NCBI GenBank assembly: GCA_964016885.1
Contig: OZ024740.1
Span: 143,840,001 to 143,904,000, forward strand
Length of the DNA stretch: 64,000 nt
Direction: 5' to 3'
Source: Eledone cirrhosa
Taxonomy: Eukaryota
Position 1 is the stretch's first letter. Every line of letters begins with the position of its first letter. Position numbers and translations under genes: made by a program. The notes below the pieces were generated by a model, which had not been told where the DNA came from, did no database searches, and saw nothing but the letters and a program-made list of their open reading frames with translations. Shown in pieces: positions 25,693 through 36,800 of this stretch.

Positions 25693-26503
25693 ATCATCAT
25701 CATTTAATGTCTGCTTTCCCTTCTAACAAGTGTTGGACAAGTTTACATAGATCATTTCAATATTGAAGCAGTATTGACCTCCTGTCTTACATTCTATCAA
25801 GTGCATTAGGGTGGTTGTCATGTTTTTGACAAACCCTTTGTTTGGCAAGCTTTTTATGGTTGGATGCCCTTCTTATCACCATCCACTTTACAGCTTGTAC
25901 TGGGTGCATTTATTGTGTAGATCACCAAACACCAGGGAGGCTGTCATATCCTTGACATGACTGAAGGGTCCTCCCAACCTTTTGTTTCGTAAGCTCTCCA
26001 CAGTTGGATACCCTTCCCATCGGCAACCACTTCACAAGAGATCAGCAGCTCGGAATGTTGGGGCAGGGAGTGAGGGTGGTGTATTAGTGTTGAGAATAGC
26101 TATTAGTGAGTGGTAGTAGATGCAGAGGTAGATCAGACCACATTGTATATTGCAGGTCAGGTTTTCTTCAGCACTGCATAGCGCCAGCTGTCCTGATCTT
26201 TACTCAGTTGTTATGAGGTTTAGCTTTTTAAGGTCAGTCTTCACAACCTCATCCTGTCTACTTGGGTCTGCCTCATCCCAGTCACAGGGGTTTCTTTGCA
26301 TTTTTTTATGCAGCTGCCACTATCCATGTCCATACCAACTTCGTCTTCTCTCTTGCACTATACATCCAATTTCTCATGCCAATTTTTTCCCTCAGTTTGC
26401 TTATACTATGTTGTTCATGCACACTGGCATTACACATCCATCAGACCATATACAACTCATTTTTTTCTAGCCTTTACAGATCTTCTGCAGTCAAGGTCCA
26501 TGT
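25693..26503 (-). mobile_element. RTE LINE 3' fragment, tail-to-tail with the preceding copy
   Basis: (ATC)n tail at 25693; similar to the 18028-18960 copy. Confidence 0.8.
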
Positions 26504-26518
26504 TTATATATATATATA

Positions 26519-26621
26519 TAATACAGTATATAGAGAAGAAAACACAAAAGGGTATGTTTTCAATTACAAGGGTAATTGAAAACATACCCTTTTTGTGTTT
26601 TCTTCTCTATATACTGTATTA
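26519..26621. repeat. Hairpin palindrome, about 49-bp arms, 4-nt loop
   Basis: taatacagtatatagagaagaaaacac...caattac AAGG gtaattg...gtgttttcttctctatatactgtatta, with a single 1-nt indel. Confidence 0.95.
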
Positions 26622-26723
26622 TGAAGAGCCTGGTTCTTATTCCTTGAGCTCATTAAATTACAGGGGATTAACACGAGTCTTTAAACCCATTTTTTTTCAT
26701 TTGATATATATATATATATATTT

Positions 26724-26976
26724 TATTTAATTATGTAATAAACAACATAAGACAATTATTCCATTTACCAAAGGTTTCACAAAGACAGACAAGCTTGACA
26801 CAGATGTCTGAAATCGTTCGTCAGAATGAAATTTTATTTGAAGTAGATGCCATCCACTTAAAATAAAATTTCATTCTGACGAACGATTTCAGACGTCTGT
26901 GTCAAGCTCGTCTGTCTTCATGAATCCTTTGGTAAATGGAATAATTGTCTTATGTTATTTATTACATAATTAAATA
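26724..26976. repeat. Palindrome with 126-bp arms (inverted Penelope-like terminal repeat)
   Basis: Arms are symmetric about C26850 with a few mismatches; each arm carries a hammerhead core; flanked by (TA)n. Confidence 0.93.
26759..26831 (-). ncRNA. Type I hammerhead ribozyme motif
   Basis: Minus strand reads tttcatt-CTGACGA-acga..cagaca..tgtctg..ttgt-GAAA-cc-ttt-gg-TA-aatggaa. Stems I, II and III can pair; cleavage triplet GUA. Confidence 0.75.
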
Positions 26977-27786
26977 GCTCTGTAGCATACATAGAGCACT
27001 CTCCTTTACTACGGAAACACTTAATATATATATATTGTATGTATGTGTGTATATATATATTTCTAAGCACTGAGTTTTATCAAAAGTTCATGTGTACCAT
27101 TAAGGCTTTTGTTCTCACTTAAATAATCTCAGCAAAAGAAATTTCAGAATTTGCTAGGTTTATGTTCAAAAGAATTTGTCTTTTATAAATACTGTTAGTG
27201 GTTAAAAGGCAATGCATATCTTACGTATATGAGTGAAAGTATGTGCTGATTAGCATTAGAATATATTCATACATATAATTGATTCATTATTTTTTGTGGA
27301 CAGTTTATATGATAATACACTATAAACTTATTGAGTTTTTTTTTTATTTTGTTTATTCTTAATTTTTCAAATTTATTCATCTACTAACAAACTTTTTTTT
27401 AAGAAAATTGGCTTTTCTTCATACATACACACACATACATATGGATTGGTTTATTGGATTGCAGTTAATCATGGCGTAAACGACATTCACTATTCAGTGC
27501 AATAGTTTGATCTCTGAGGGACATTTACTTGTTTCTTCTCTAATGTAGGAACAGCAGATGACAGTTACCTGCTATCAGCTTGGATTACAGAGTTTTAAGA
27601 AAAAGAAGAGAGAGATCAGTTTATTATGTTATGCATATTACGCCAGTTATCAGGCTCAAAGCTGTCCTTGATTATTTAACATTAAGTAATCGCAGATGGT
27701 TTTGAAGTGAGCATAATGTAATATACACGTTAAGCTGATCTCTCTCTATACCCTGTAATCCTACTTGATACCAGGCAACAATCATC

Positions 27787-27918
27787 TCCTGTTTGTACAT
27801 TACAGAAGAAACTAGTAGTTGTACTGCAGATCAATACTATTTCACCTCGGAATTCCGAGGTGAAGTAGTATTGATCTGCAGTACAACTACTAGTTTCTTC
27901 TGTAATGTACAAACAGGA
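27787..27918. repeat. 132-bp zero-spacer palindrome
   Basis: Centred on GAATTC (27852/27853); 66-bp arms with one T/G mismatch. Confidence 0.97.
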
Positions 27919-28005
27919 AATGACTTCAGCATTGAGTGCTGAATGTGGTTTACACCAGGATTAATTGCAATCCAATAAGCTGATTTGCGTGTATGTGTAT
28001 ATGTA

Positions 28006-28082
28006 CAGTGTGTCCCCAAAAATATATACACACATCAACAGCAAGTAATCTAAGTGTGTATACATTTTGGGGGGACACCCTG
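28006..28082. mobile_element. Tiny Tc1/mariner-type MITE
   Basis: TA-CAGTGTGTCCCCAAAA...TTTTGGGGGGACACCCTG; essentially two TIRs. Confidence 0.65.
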
Positions 28083-28535
28083 TGTACATATATGTGTATG
28101 TGTGTCTGTATGTATGTATGCAGAAATATCTTTTTTTTAATGTTGTGGTGTGTGTATTACTGAATGTTTTTTAGCTCATTTATATTAACATACTACACTG
28201 TACATTTTGGCCATTTACTAAAATAAACTGTGATACATAAATAATGGATTGTTATATCATTTCTTTATTTTTGTATATTTTGTAAATTAACATGATTATA
28301 AATGTGATGTTTTGTTAAAAATTAAACTTAAAGCTATCTACACTTAATTGGTAAATTTGACTAAAAATTGGCTGCAGTTTGATACTTTAGGAAATAAATA
28401 TTTCAACAGCAAGTAATAACTAACTTGGGATTTGTAAAATTCTCATTTTGTAAATTTTTGTTACTTTTCTTTAGATGCATAAATTTATATATTGTCATTA
28501 TATTGTTTGTGTTAAATAGTTTTATGATATTAAGG

Positions 28536-29360
28536 TGTACATAGTGTAATCTATGAATGCACAAGAGATGTAGAGGGATTTCAGACAGGTTAATGAAGAA
28601 GATAGACTTTGAATGTGACAGATGCACTGGAGCAGTAAACATTAAGAGCTTGCATGAAATAAATTCATTCAATTGCCTTGGAAGCTACCTAGAAATCCTT
28701 GACAGTTTTTGTTATTTAGGTGACCTAATCAGCAGTTGGGGAGAATGCTTAGACAGTGTAGTAGCCAGAATAAGAATGGGATGGAAGAAGTTTAAGGAGC
28801 TAGTATCTTTGCTGGCAACAAATGGCTTCTCTTTCAGAGTGAAGGGTAGACTGTGTTAACTGCAATGCTACATGGCAATGAAACAAGAGCATTGATTGCA
28901 CATGACCTGCGAAGGCTAGAAAGAAATGAAGCATGTATGCTCCAGTGGATGTGTAATGTTAGTATGCATGAATGACATAGCATAATCATACTGAGAGAAA
29001 AACTTTGTTTTGGAGTAATTCTATATATAGTGTGCAAGGGAGAAGACTGCATTGGTTTAGTCATGTGATGTATATGAAAGATGGCTGCTGCATAAAGAAA
29101 TGCAGAGAAATTTCATTAGATGAGACTATGAAAACAATGGGATAAAGTAGTGAGGCTGACTTTACGAAGGTTAATCTCACAACAGAGATGGCATGTGGTT
29201 CTGGAGAAGACACGCCTGCCAGCATAAGAATGTAACCTGACTCATCCATGCCCCATCTCCACCATTGCTCCTTAATAACCAATCCAGGTTCACCCCTTAC
29301 GAATGTAACCTGACTCATCCATGCCCCATCTCCACCATTGCTCCTTAATAACCAATCTAG
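28536..29360 (+). mobile_element. RTE LINE 3' fragment ending in a 72-bp tandem duplication
   Basis: HKRC..CDRC and DSFCYLGD..RIRMGWKKF; duplicated gaatgtaacctgactcatcc... at 29228 and about 29301. Confidence 0.85.
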
Positions 29361-30380
29361 ATCCCTCCCCACTTTTAAATCCTATCGCACCAGATTTAGC
29401 TGTTTTAATCACAGTACAATGTATTTCATTATAAATACAGTAATGATAAGTTAAAGGTTTGTTTTGACAATATAGTGAACATTTAGTTATATACAGTTAT
29501 TTCTTTGTATCTAAATGTTCCTTGTTGAGCTGTTATATATAAATTACTTTATATTCCTGTTGCAATAAAATGGAGGTTGAAACTTTATGCTTCAAATAAG
29601 AATATGGTGCTTAAATGAGAACAAAAACCATGACCCAATTTAACTGAAAGTAAAGTTATTACATCATTGTTACAAATAAATACAAGTAATGTTGCATCAC
29701 TATTTGAGAAACTACATATTTATACCAAGGACTCACAGAATTTAGTTTTTCTGTCACATCTGTCTAGTTCTTAAACAGAATTATTCTGTAATACTTGTAC
29801 TAATTATAGTTATTATTTAATCATGGATATATGATTAACAACCAATTGTAATTTTTATTTTAAAAAACCTAATTATGTAAATTTTGTAGAGTAGTGAATT
29901 GACCTCATTGCATTCTGAGTTCAAATCCAGCCAAAATCAGTTTTGCCTTTCAGCCTTCCGGGGCTGATAAAATAAATTACCAGTATAGAACAGTGAATTA
30001 GTGAAATTATTAGTGTTGAACAAAATGCTTTCCTGTATTTTTTCTGGCTCCTTACATTGAGTTTTCAAGTAGTTGTGGCAAACTTATCTGTATTGAACAA
30101 ACAAGGTGTTTTGTAAAATGTACTAAAAAAAAAAAAGGCAATGGAAAATCAACCTTGCACTCTCATAAAAATGTCATGACAAAGTCATATGTATCTTGAT
30201 GACACAAGGGAAGAAAAATGCAAACTATCTCTAAAGTAAGTGATAAAAAAAAAAGGTTCAAATAAAACAAAATTTTATATTAGTGTGGGGAACATCTTTT
30301 TATTTCCCACCTAGTTATCTAGTAACTAGAATGGGGAAAATATAGAAAAAAGTTTCTTTCATTATGTTAGTGATATTTAA

Positions 30381-30592
30381 GGGTGGTGAATTGGCAGAAT
30401 TGTTAGTGTATCAGGAAATACATTGCAGTATTTCATTATTGCCGTCTACATTCTGGTTTCAAACTCTTCTGGGGTCAACTTTGCCTTTCATCCTTCTGGC
30501 GTTGATAAAATAAAGTACCAATTAAATACTGAGGTTGATGTAATCAAGTTTCTTTTCTCCTAAAATCACTGACCTTGTGTCTAAATTAGAAA
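30381..30592 (+). mobile_element. tRNA-derived SINE (ctttgcctttcatcc..gataaaataaagtacc core family)
   Basis: Same family as 41546-41740, 45803-45987 and 49503-49673; a partial copy lies at about 29905-29985. Confidence 0.8.
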
Positions 30593-31103
30593 TATGTTAA
30601 TGATATTTATTCACCTTTACTATTTTTTTTTTTTTGTAACTTGAAACCATCAAAAATATATTACTTGTGATTACATAAATGTATTCTTGGCTTTCCTAAT
30701 CAGAATTGATAAAGTTAATCTTATAGTTTCCTGCATATATAACATCTTGAATATGGGAATTTTAAAAACTGGACTATATAACATTTATATTTAGAAAAAA
30801 GCTATTAGAGTTGGGAATAGTGAATCCTGGAGAGAACATCAGATGAACTATTTTCCAATATCAGTGACGCTACTTTATAAGGGAAAATATGAAACCTTTG
30901 AGCATGGAACACGCTGCAGTGGAGCTGTCCAACCATATTTGAAGTACAGTTCCTTGTGTAGTAAAGCTTTCTTGTCATTGCTCTGTAAGTTAATTCAACA
31001 GCTAAAGGGGCAATATATTAAAGCATCAAACAAGCTGACTTATGGTATTTGTTCCAGCAAGAGCCTATCTGTATCACAAACTAGCCACATATATTTTTTA
31101 TGT

Positions 31104-31503
31104 ATTTGTATTGGTGCCCCGAAATAGGGATAAACATATGAATGTACGTATTGTATATTTAACAATATATGGTATGTTAAAAAAAAAAGACATTTTGAAG
31201 GCCTTTTTTCTATGAATTTTAAGGTTGTGACAAACATCAAATACCTAGCTTCAGCAAAATCGGGGGTAAGTAATCAACGATGCCACTGTTTCTCACTCAT
31301 AAGTGGTTGTCAAGACTACATATCTCCCCACCTTTGCTGAATCTAAACTAAGTTGGATTTTTATAGAATTCCGCTTATGTTTATGAGCTGATGAAACTCA
31401 TTTGCATACAGAGCAGTAGCCGGCCCAGCATCAATTAGAAATTTGTATTGGTGCTCCAAAATAGCGATAAACATATGAATGTATGTATTGTATATTTAAC
31501 AAT
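31104..31503 (+). mobile_element. Small non-coding structured element with 63-bp terminal direct repeats (period 337 bp)
   Basis: atttgtattggtgc...tatatttaacaat at 31104-31166 and 31441-31503; long internal hairpin; decayed hammerhead-like core. Confidence 0.55.
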
Positions 31504-32010
31504 TGTAGGGGCATTTGTGGAATAAAATAGCAAAAGATGTATAACATCTAGAGGAACAAAAAAAGGATCCCAAGAAACAGATGGAAGTTGCCTCAACATT
31601 TGAGAACCAAGAGTTAGAAAAGCTCAGGAGAGACCTCAAAGTTAGACATAGTGCCCTCAGCAAAGCAGAAACAGCAAGGAAGAAAAGAAGCAGAAGGAAG
31701 AAGACACAAGATTGCTTCTTCAAAGACCCCTTTCCAGTTTTAAAGGAAATTATTTGAGTAGCCAAAATCTGGGTCACTCATAGCAAACAAAGAAGCTTTT
31801 GAACAACCTCACTATACCAGGAAAACAGATTCTGACCTCAGAGTGAGATATTATTTGAAATCTACAGTCTGGTGTGGCCTACTTTGAAATTGTTTAATGA
31901 CAGGCCACCAACTCTAGGTGAAGTGAAGAAAGTGGTTAAAAAAGCCAGAGCCAAATCATCACCTGGGTCAAGTAGAATATCCTACATGCTGTACAAGTAA
32001 CGTCCAATAT
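31504..32010 (+). mobile_element. HERO/NeSL-type non-LTR retrotransposon fragment
   Basis: Plus-strand translations AETARKKRSRRKKTQDCFFKDPF and PPTLGEVKKVVKKARAKSSPG..ISYMLYK, the region upstream of RT in RLE-type elements; contains stops. Confidence 0.65.
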
Positions 32011-32502
32011 GACAGTTATCGTTATGTTGCATATGCTGACTATTTCAATTACTTGATCCACTTCTCAGCAAACTAATGGCCAAGTTCACCTATCCTATCA
32101 TTGTTACTTATCCAGAAGAGCTTATACTTGTTTTCTTTGTCAGTGAGGAGTCTGGTTGAGGCATCCCTCTATCTTGTCTCTTGCACACATCTACTTGTCT
32201 CTGTTCCATCATCTCCACAATTTTACCTGACCTACATTGACATTGGTAGTTTTGAAATGTACTTGGTTGGGTCATCTTTTTGTCTCTGCTTTCTGATTTG
32301 AACCCGAAAGGAATTATATGGTATGTGGTTGCTTGATGAAGGTTGACAAGTTCTTGCATTCCCATGTTTAGATTTTTGTGCCTAGGCAGCCCATAACACT
32401 CACACATGTATATATATTGCAAGCAGGGAAAAGCGGACGTAAAATGATGATGATGATGATGAGAATCCCCTACAATGAATTCTTTGTAGAGGCTTGCCAT
32501 GA

Positions 32503-33260
32503 CATCATCATCATCATCGTTTAACATCCATCTTCCATGCTAGCATGGGTAGGACAGGCTGTCCCTTTGTGAGGGATCAGAACTGTCCCTTTGTGGGGGA
32601 CCACAGAACTGATTCTGGCTTGGTTTCTATGGCTGGATACCCTTCCTCAGACCAACTGCATTTACAGTGTGTGCTAGGTACTTTTTGCCATGTCGCCTAC
32701 ACGACCACTTTACAGTGGGGACTGGGTGCTTTTTGTTGTGACACCTACACAACCTCTTTACAGTGTGGACTGGGTGCTTTTTGTCATGACACCTTCACAA
32801 CCTCTTTACAGTATGGACTGGGTGCTTCTTGACATGACACCTTCACAACCACTTTATAGTGTGGACTAAGCGTTCGCTTTTGTCATGACACCTACATGAC
32901 CACTATAGTGTGGCTGGGCTCTTTTGTCATTGCTCCAGGGAGGATCACTTTATGGAGGAGGTTGGAAACATGGGAGGGGTGGGGAAGATGTGTTGGGGAC
33001 GTAGGTATAAGGGAGGTTTATGGGAGGGGAGATGGAAGGGAATGGTGTTGTCTACTAGGTATATGCCTCAGCCCGAGAATAATAAAGGGTGGGTCTTCTG
33101 TAATATTTCATAGTCCCAGAGGTCATGGTCCTGTGTCATTACCTTAGTGAGGTGTAATTGAGCAAAGTCAGCTATTATTACCTCATCCCAAGTCTTCCTA
33201 GGCCTACCTACTCTATGGCAACCAGCAACTTTGAGCGCTTTGCACCTAAATATATATTCT
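32503..33260 (-). mobile_element. RTE LINE 3' end with tandem ~39-bp UTR units
   Basis: GRPRKTWDEVI (33068-33298); repeats of ctttacagtgtggactgggtgctttttgtcatgacacctacac at about 32660-32930; (CAT)n tail. Confidence 0.85.
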
Positions 33261-33889
33261 CTACAGATTAAACCTATTAATATGTACTGTGTACTCATTT
33301 AAAATTAGCCGCATTTACTCTTACACTAGCAAATTACAATATATATATATTAGATATACAAGAGCTGTAGTGGGATCTCAGGCAGGCTAGTAAAGAACAT
33401 AGGCTTTATATGTGGCCATTGCACAGGAGCAATCAGCAGTAAGAGCTCACAGGAAACAAGCTCTATCAAATGCTTAGAAGGCGCCATAGAACCATATGAC
33501 AGCTTGTCTTACCTGGGCAACCAAATTAGCAGTGGAGGTAGGCGTTAAGAAAGTACAGTTGTCAGATAGTCGTTTTAGTGCCATGATAAAAAGCACCCTG
33601 TCCACCCTGTAATTGGCAATAGAAAGGGCATCCAGCCATAGAAACTGAGCCATAAACAGTTCTGTATGAGTAAGACATGGTCACCTGACCTGACTTCTCT
33701 CTCTCATAACGTGACAACCCATCTAACCTATGCAATCAAGTAAAATATATGTCAAATGGTGATGATATTTCTAATTTGGGCACAAAGTCAGCAGTTTTTA
33801 GAGAAACGGGAAAGTTGATTAATCAATTCCAGTACTTTTACTGATACTACTATCTCTCTCCTCCCTTCCTCATCTATTTTGATTTGTTC

Positions 33890-36800
33890 TAAACAAGTAA
33901 GCTACATGTGGCGGTCCTGTCCTGTTTCTCTCAAAGTAAGTACAACCCAGCCATGAAAAGATAAGACTATATTCAAGCTATATTTTGAATTAACTTTCCA
34001 GTTTTTCTTTGAGGTTCTCCATTCACTATGTTCAATGTGTTTTTAAATGCTTTTTCTTCTTCATCAACTAACTTCACAGCTCTATCACCACTAACTCTTC
34101 CTTCCTCCCTCATCTCCGATCTTGATTCTTTCTAAGCAAGCAAGCTTCATGGGGCAGTCCTGTCTATCTCAAAGTAAAACCCAACCCATGGCTCTATCAT
34201 CTCAGCATCTCATCCACCCCTATCCACCACCTTCCAGTTAGCTGTTTTAGTTGACATTGCTTTGCTCCCCCACCTCATTTCAACAACCGTCATGCCCATT
34301 GCTTTCCTCACCTATATGTTACATCACCAAGATCGATTGCTACTCTGTGGACTGCTACAGCCTGAGTAAAGTAAGATTATGATTACGGGGAAGACATGGA
34401 CTCCAAAAGTCATATTGAAAGCAACCTGGCTAGGAGAGCAGTGATTCCGATAAAAAAAGACTGCACGCAGCAGATCTGGATTCCGCAAGTTGTAATGAAG
34501 GCACACATCTAAAAAGGTAGTGACTCTGATTAAAAATGATTGCATGGGGCAGACATGGACTCCATTAGCTGTAGTGAAGGCACCCAATCTAGGAGTGCAG
34601 TGACTTTGATTAATAATTGTTTCTACTTTTGGCACAAGGCCAGCAATTACCCAGTACATTACTGGTACTTTATTTTATCGACCCCGTAAGGATGAAAGGC
34701 AAAGTTAACCTCAGCGGGATTTGGACTTCGATTAATAATGACTGCATGTGGTAGATGTGAACTCCGTAAACTGTAGGAAAGGCAACCTGTCTATGAGAGT
34801 AGACACTCCAAATAAAAACTGATATAGGGTGGAGAGGACTCTTGAGTTCAGTGAGACAACCTCTCTAGTGCTGGTGGCATGAAAATTGCATCCAATCTAT
34901 GCTGTAAAGTGGTCGGTGATAGGAAGGGCATCCAGCCAGAGATATCCTGCCAAAAATATGACAAGCACAAATACATTTTTCACTAATTGTGTATACAGTA
35001 GCCATATGCAAGAACCCCTTGACTGTCATCAAGCAAACACACAGCCTTTTTCCCTTCCAGGTACATAGAACCTGTACCTAAGGAAATAACAGCAACTGTC
35101 AAGGTACAAATCTCAAGACTGCCATCCTCAATGTTGGCACCCTAAAAAGTAAATCAGGAGATATTGAGGAACTGTTAGAGAGAAGAGAAGTAGATGTAAA
35201 CTATATACAAGAAGTAAGATGGAGGGGCGCCTCAGTGAGTCTAATCACAGGCAAACAACAGATACAAACTCTACTGGGTAGGAAATTGTAGATAAGATGA
35301 TAGAGGTAGTTAGAGTAAGTAACAGAATCATCAAACTTAGATTAGATGTAGGAAATAGATTGGTGTCCATAGGCAGGACTAAATAAACACCAAAAAGACA
35401 GGTTATATGAGGAATTTTTACAGACAACTTCAGGTACTGATAAAATAGACGACATCATCCAGGCAGGCAACTTCAATTGACATGTGGGGCAGTACCAGGA
35501 TGGATTCTGTGAAGTTCATGGTGGCTATGGTTATGACTCAAGAAATGAGGGATTGAGGCTCCTGGAATTCTGTGACATGAATGAACTAACCATTTGCAAC
35601 TAAAATTTCAGGAAACCAGCCAGCCACCCACCTGATCTCATATCAATCAGATGAATGCACAAGCCAAATTGATTATTTACTTATAAGACAACAAGATAAA
35701 TGGACTGTAATAAATACTAAGGGTTTTCCCGGGTGGGGAGAATGCACCCCACAAAACAAGTTAGTTATCAGCAACATCAAAATTAACACAAGACAGAAAA
35801 AGATACGCAGGAAAATATGGAGGGTTTGGAAGCTAAACGACTTTTCAGTTAAATATAGGTTTAGAAAGGCCCTACAGGATGCAATAGGTTAGAGGGGTGA
35901 CAAACTAGATACATATAACGTAGAGGACAACTGGAAATTCATAAGTGAAAACGTTTTACAAACCACTGACGAGACCTATGGCTGGAGTAGAGAACTAGCC
36001 AGACAGAAGGTGACCTGGTGGTGGAAAGCACAGTGGATAGAGCCATTAAAGCCAAGAGACAGGCATGGAAAGACTGGAAAAATTTGGGTATCAGAGACCA
36101 ACACCAGGTAGCTAAGAGAGAAGCTAGAAGACAGGTATACACATCCAGGAGAGAAAATTTGCCAATGTCTTCATATGTAAGGACCAGAGATACAAAGTGT
36201 TTTGCATTACAAGGCAGTATGTTAGTATAAATAAAGACATTGTTGGGGAAAAAAAGCTGTTAGAAATGACGCTGGTACACTTAGCACCACTAATGTCCAA
36301 AAGAAAGAGACCTAGAAATGTTACTATGAGAGACTGATAAATGTAGAGAATGAATGGGAGGAAGAGAAACTATGCTTAACATATCCAAAGGAAAGACCAG
36401 CTATTGAAGTTGACAGTTATAGGGTCAAAGAAGCAATCACAGATATGAAGAATCGTAAAGCTGCGAAACTATCAGAAATAGTTGCTGAGATGCTAAAAGC
36501 ATTGGGAGAAGTAGTAACCCACATAGTCAATCAGGTAATAGAGGAGTGTCATCCTTAATGACTGGTGCAACAGTACAATCATATGTAGTGACCTACATTC
36601 CGAGGGCTCATGGATACATTCTCCGTACGTTGTTTGGCTCAGTTCAGCCAATCGCTACCAGCGTAGGAGAATGTATCTCGATTTCCGCCCAGAGGGGGGA
36701 TTCCCGCGGTGATTCGAAACTCTCTTTCTCTTGCAGCTCGACACCGTGAAGGTAAACATCTCTTACTTTCGTTCCTCAAGCATAGACAATATGTAGCAAC

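Noticed and set aside
32660-32930. About 39-bp periodic repeats as a CRISPR-like array
   Set aside because: Head-to-tail diverged units of an RTE UTR module; no spacers or cas genes.
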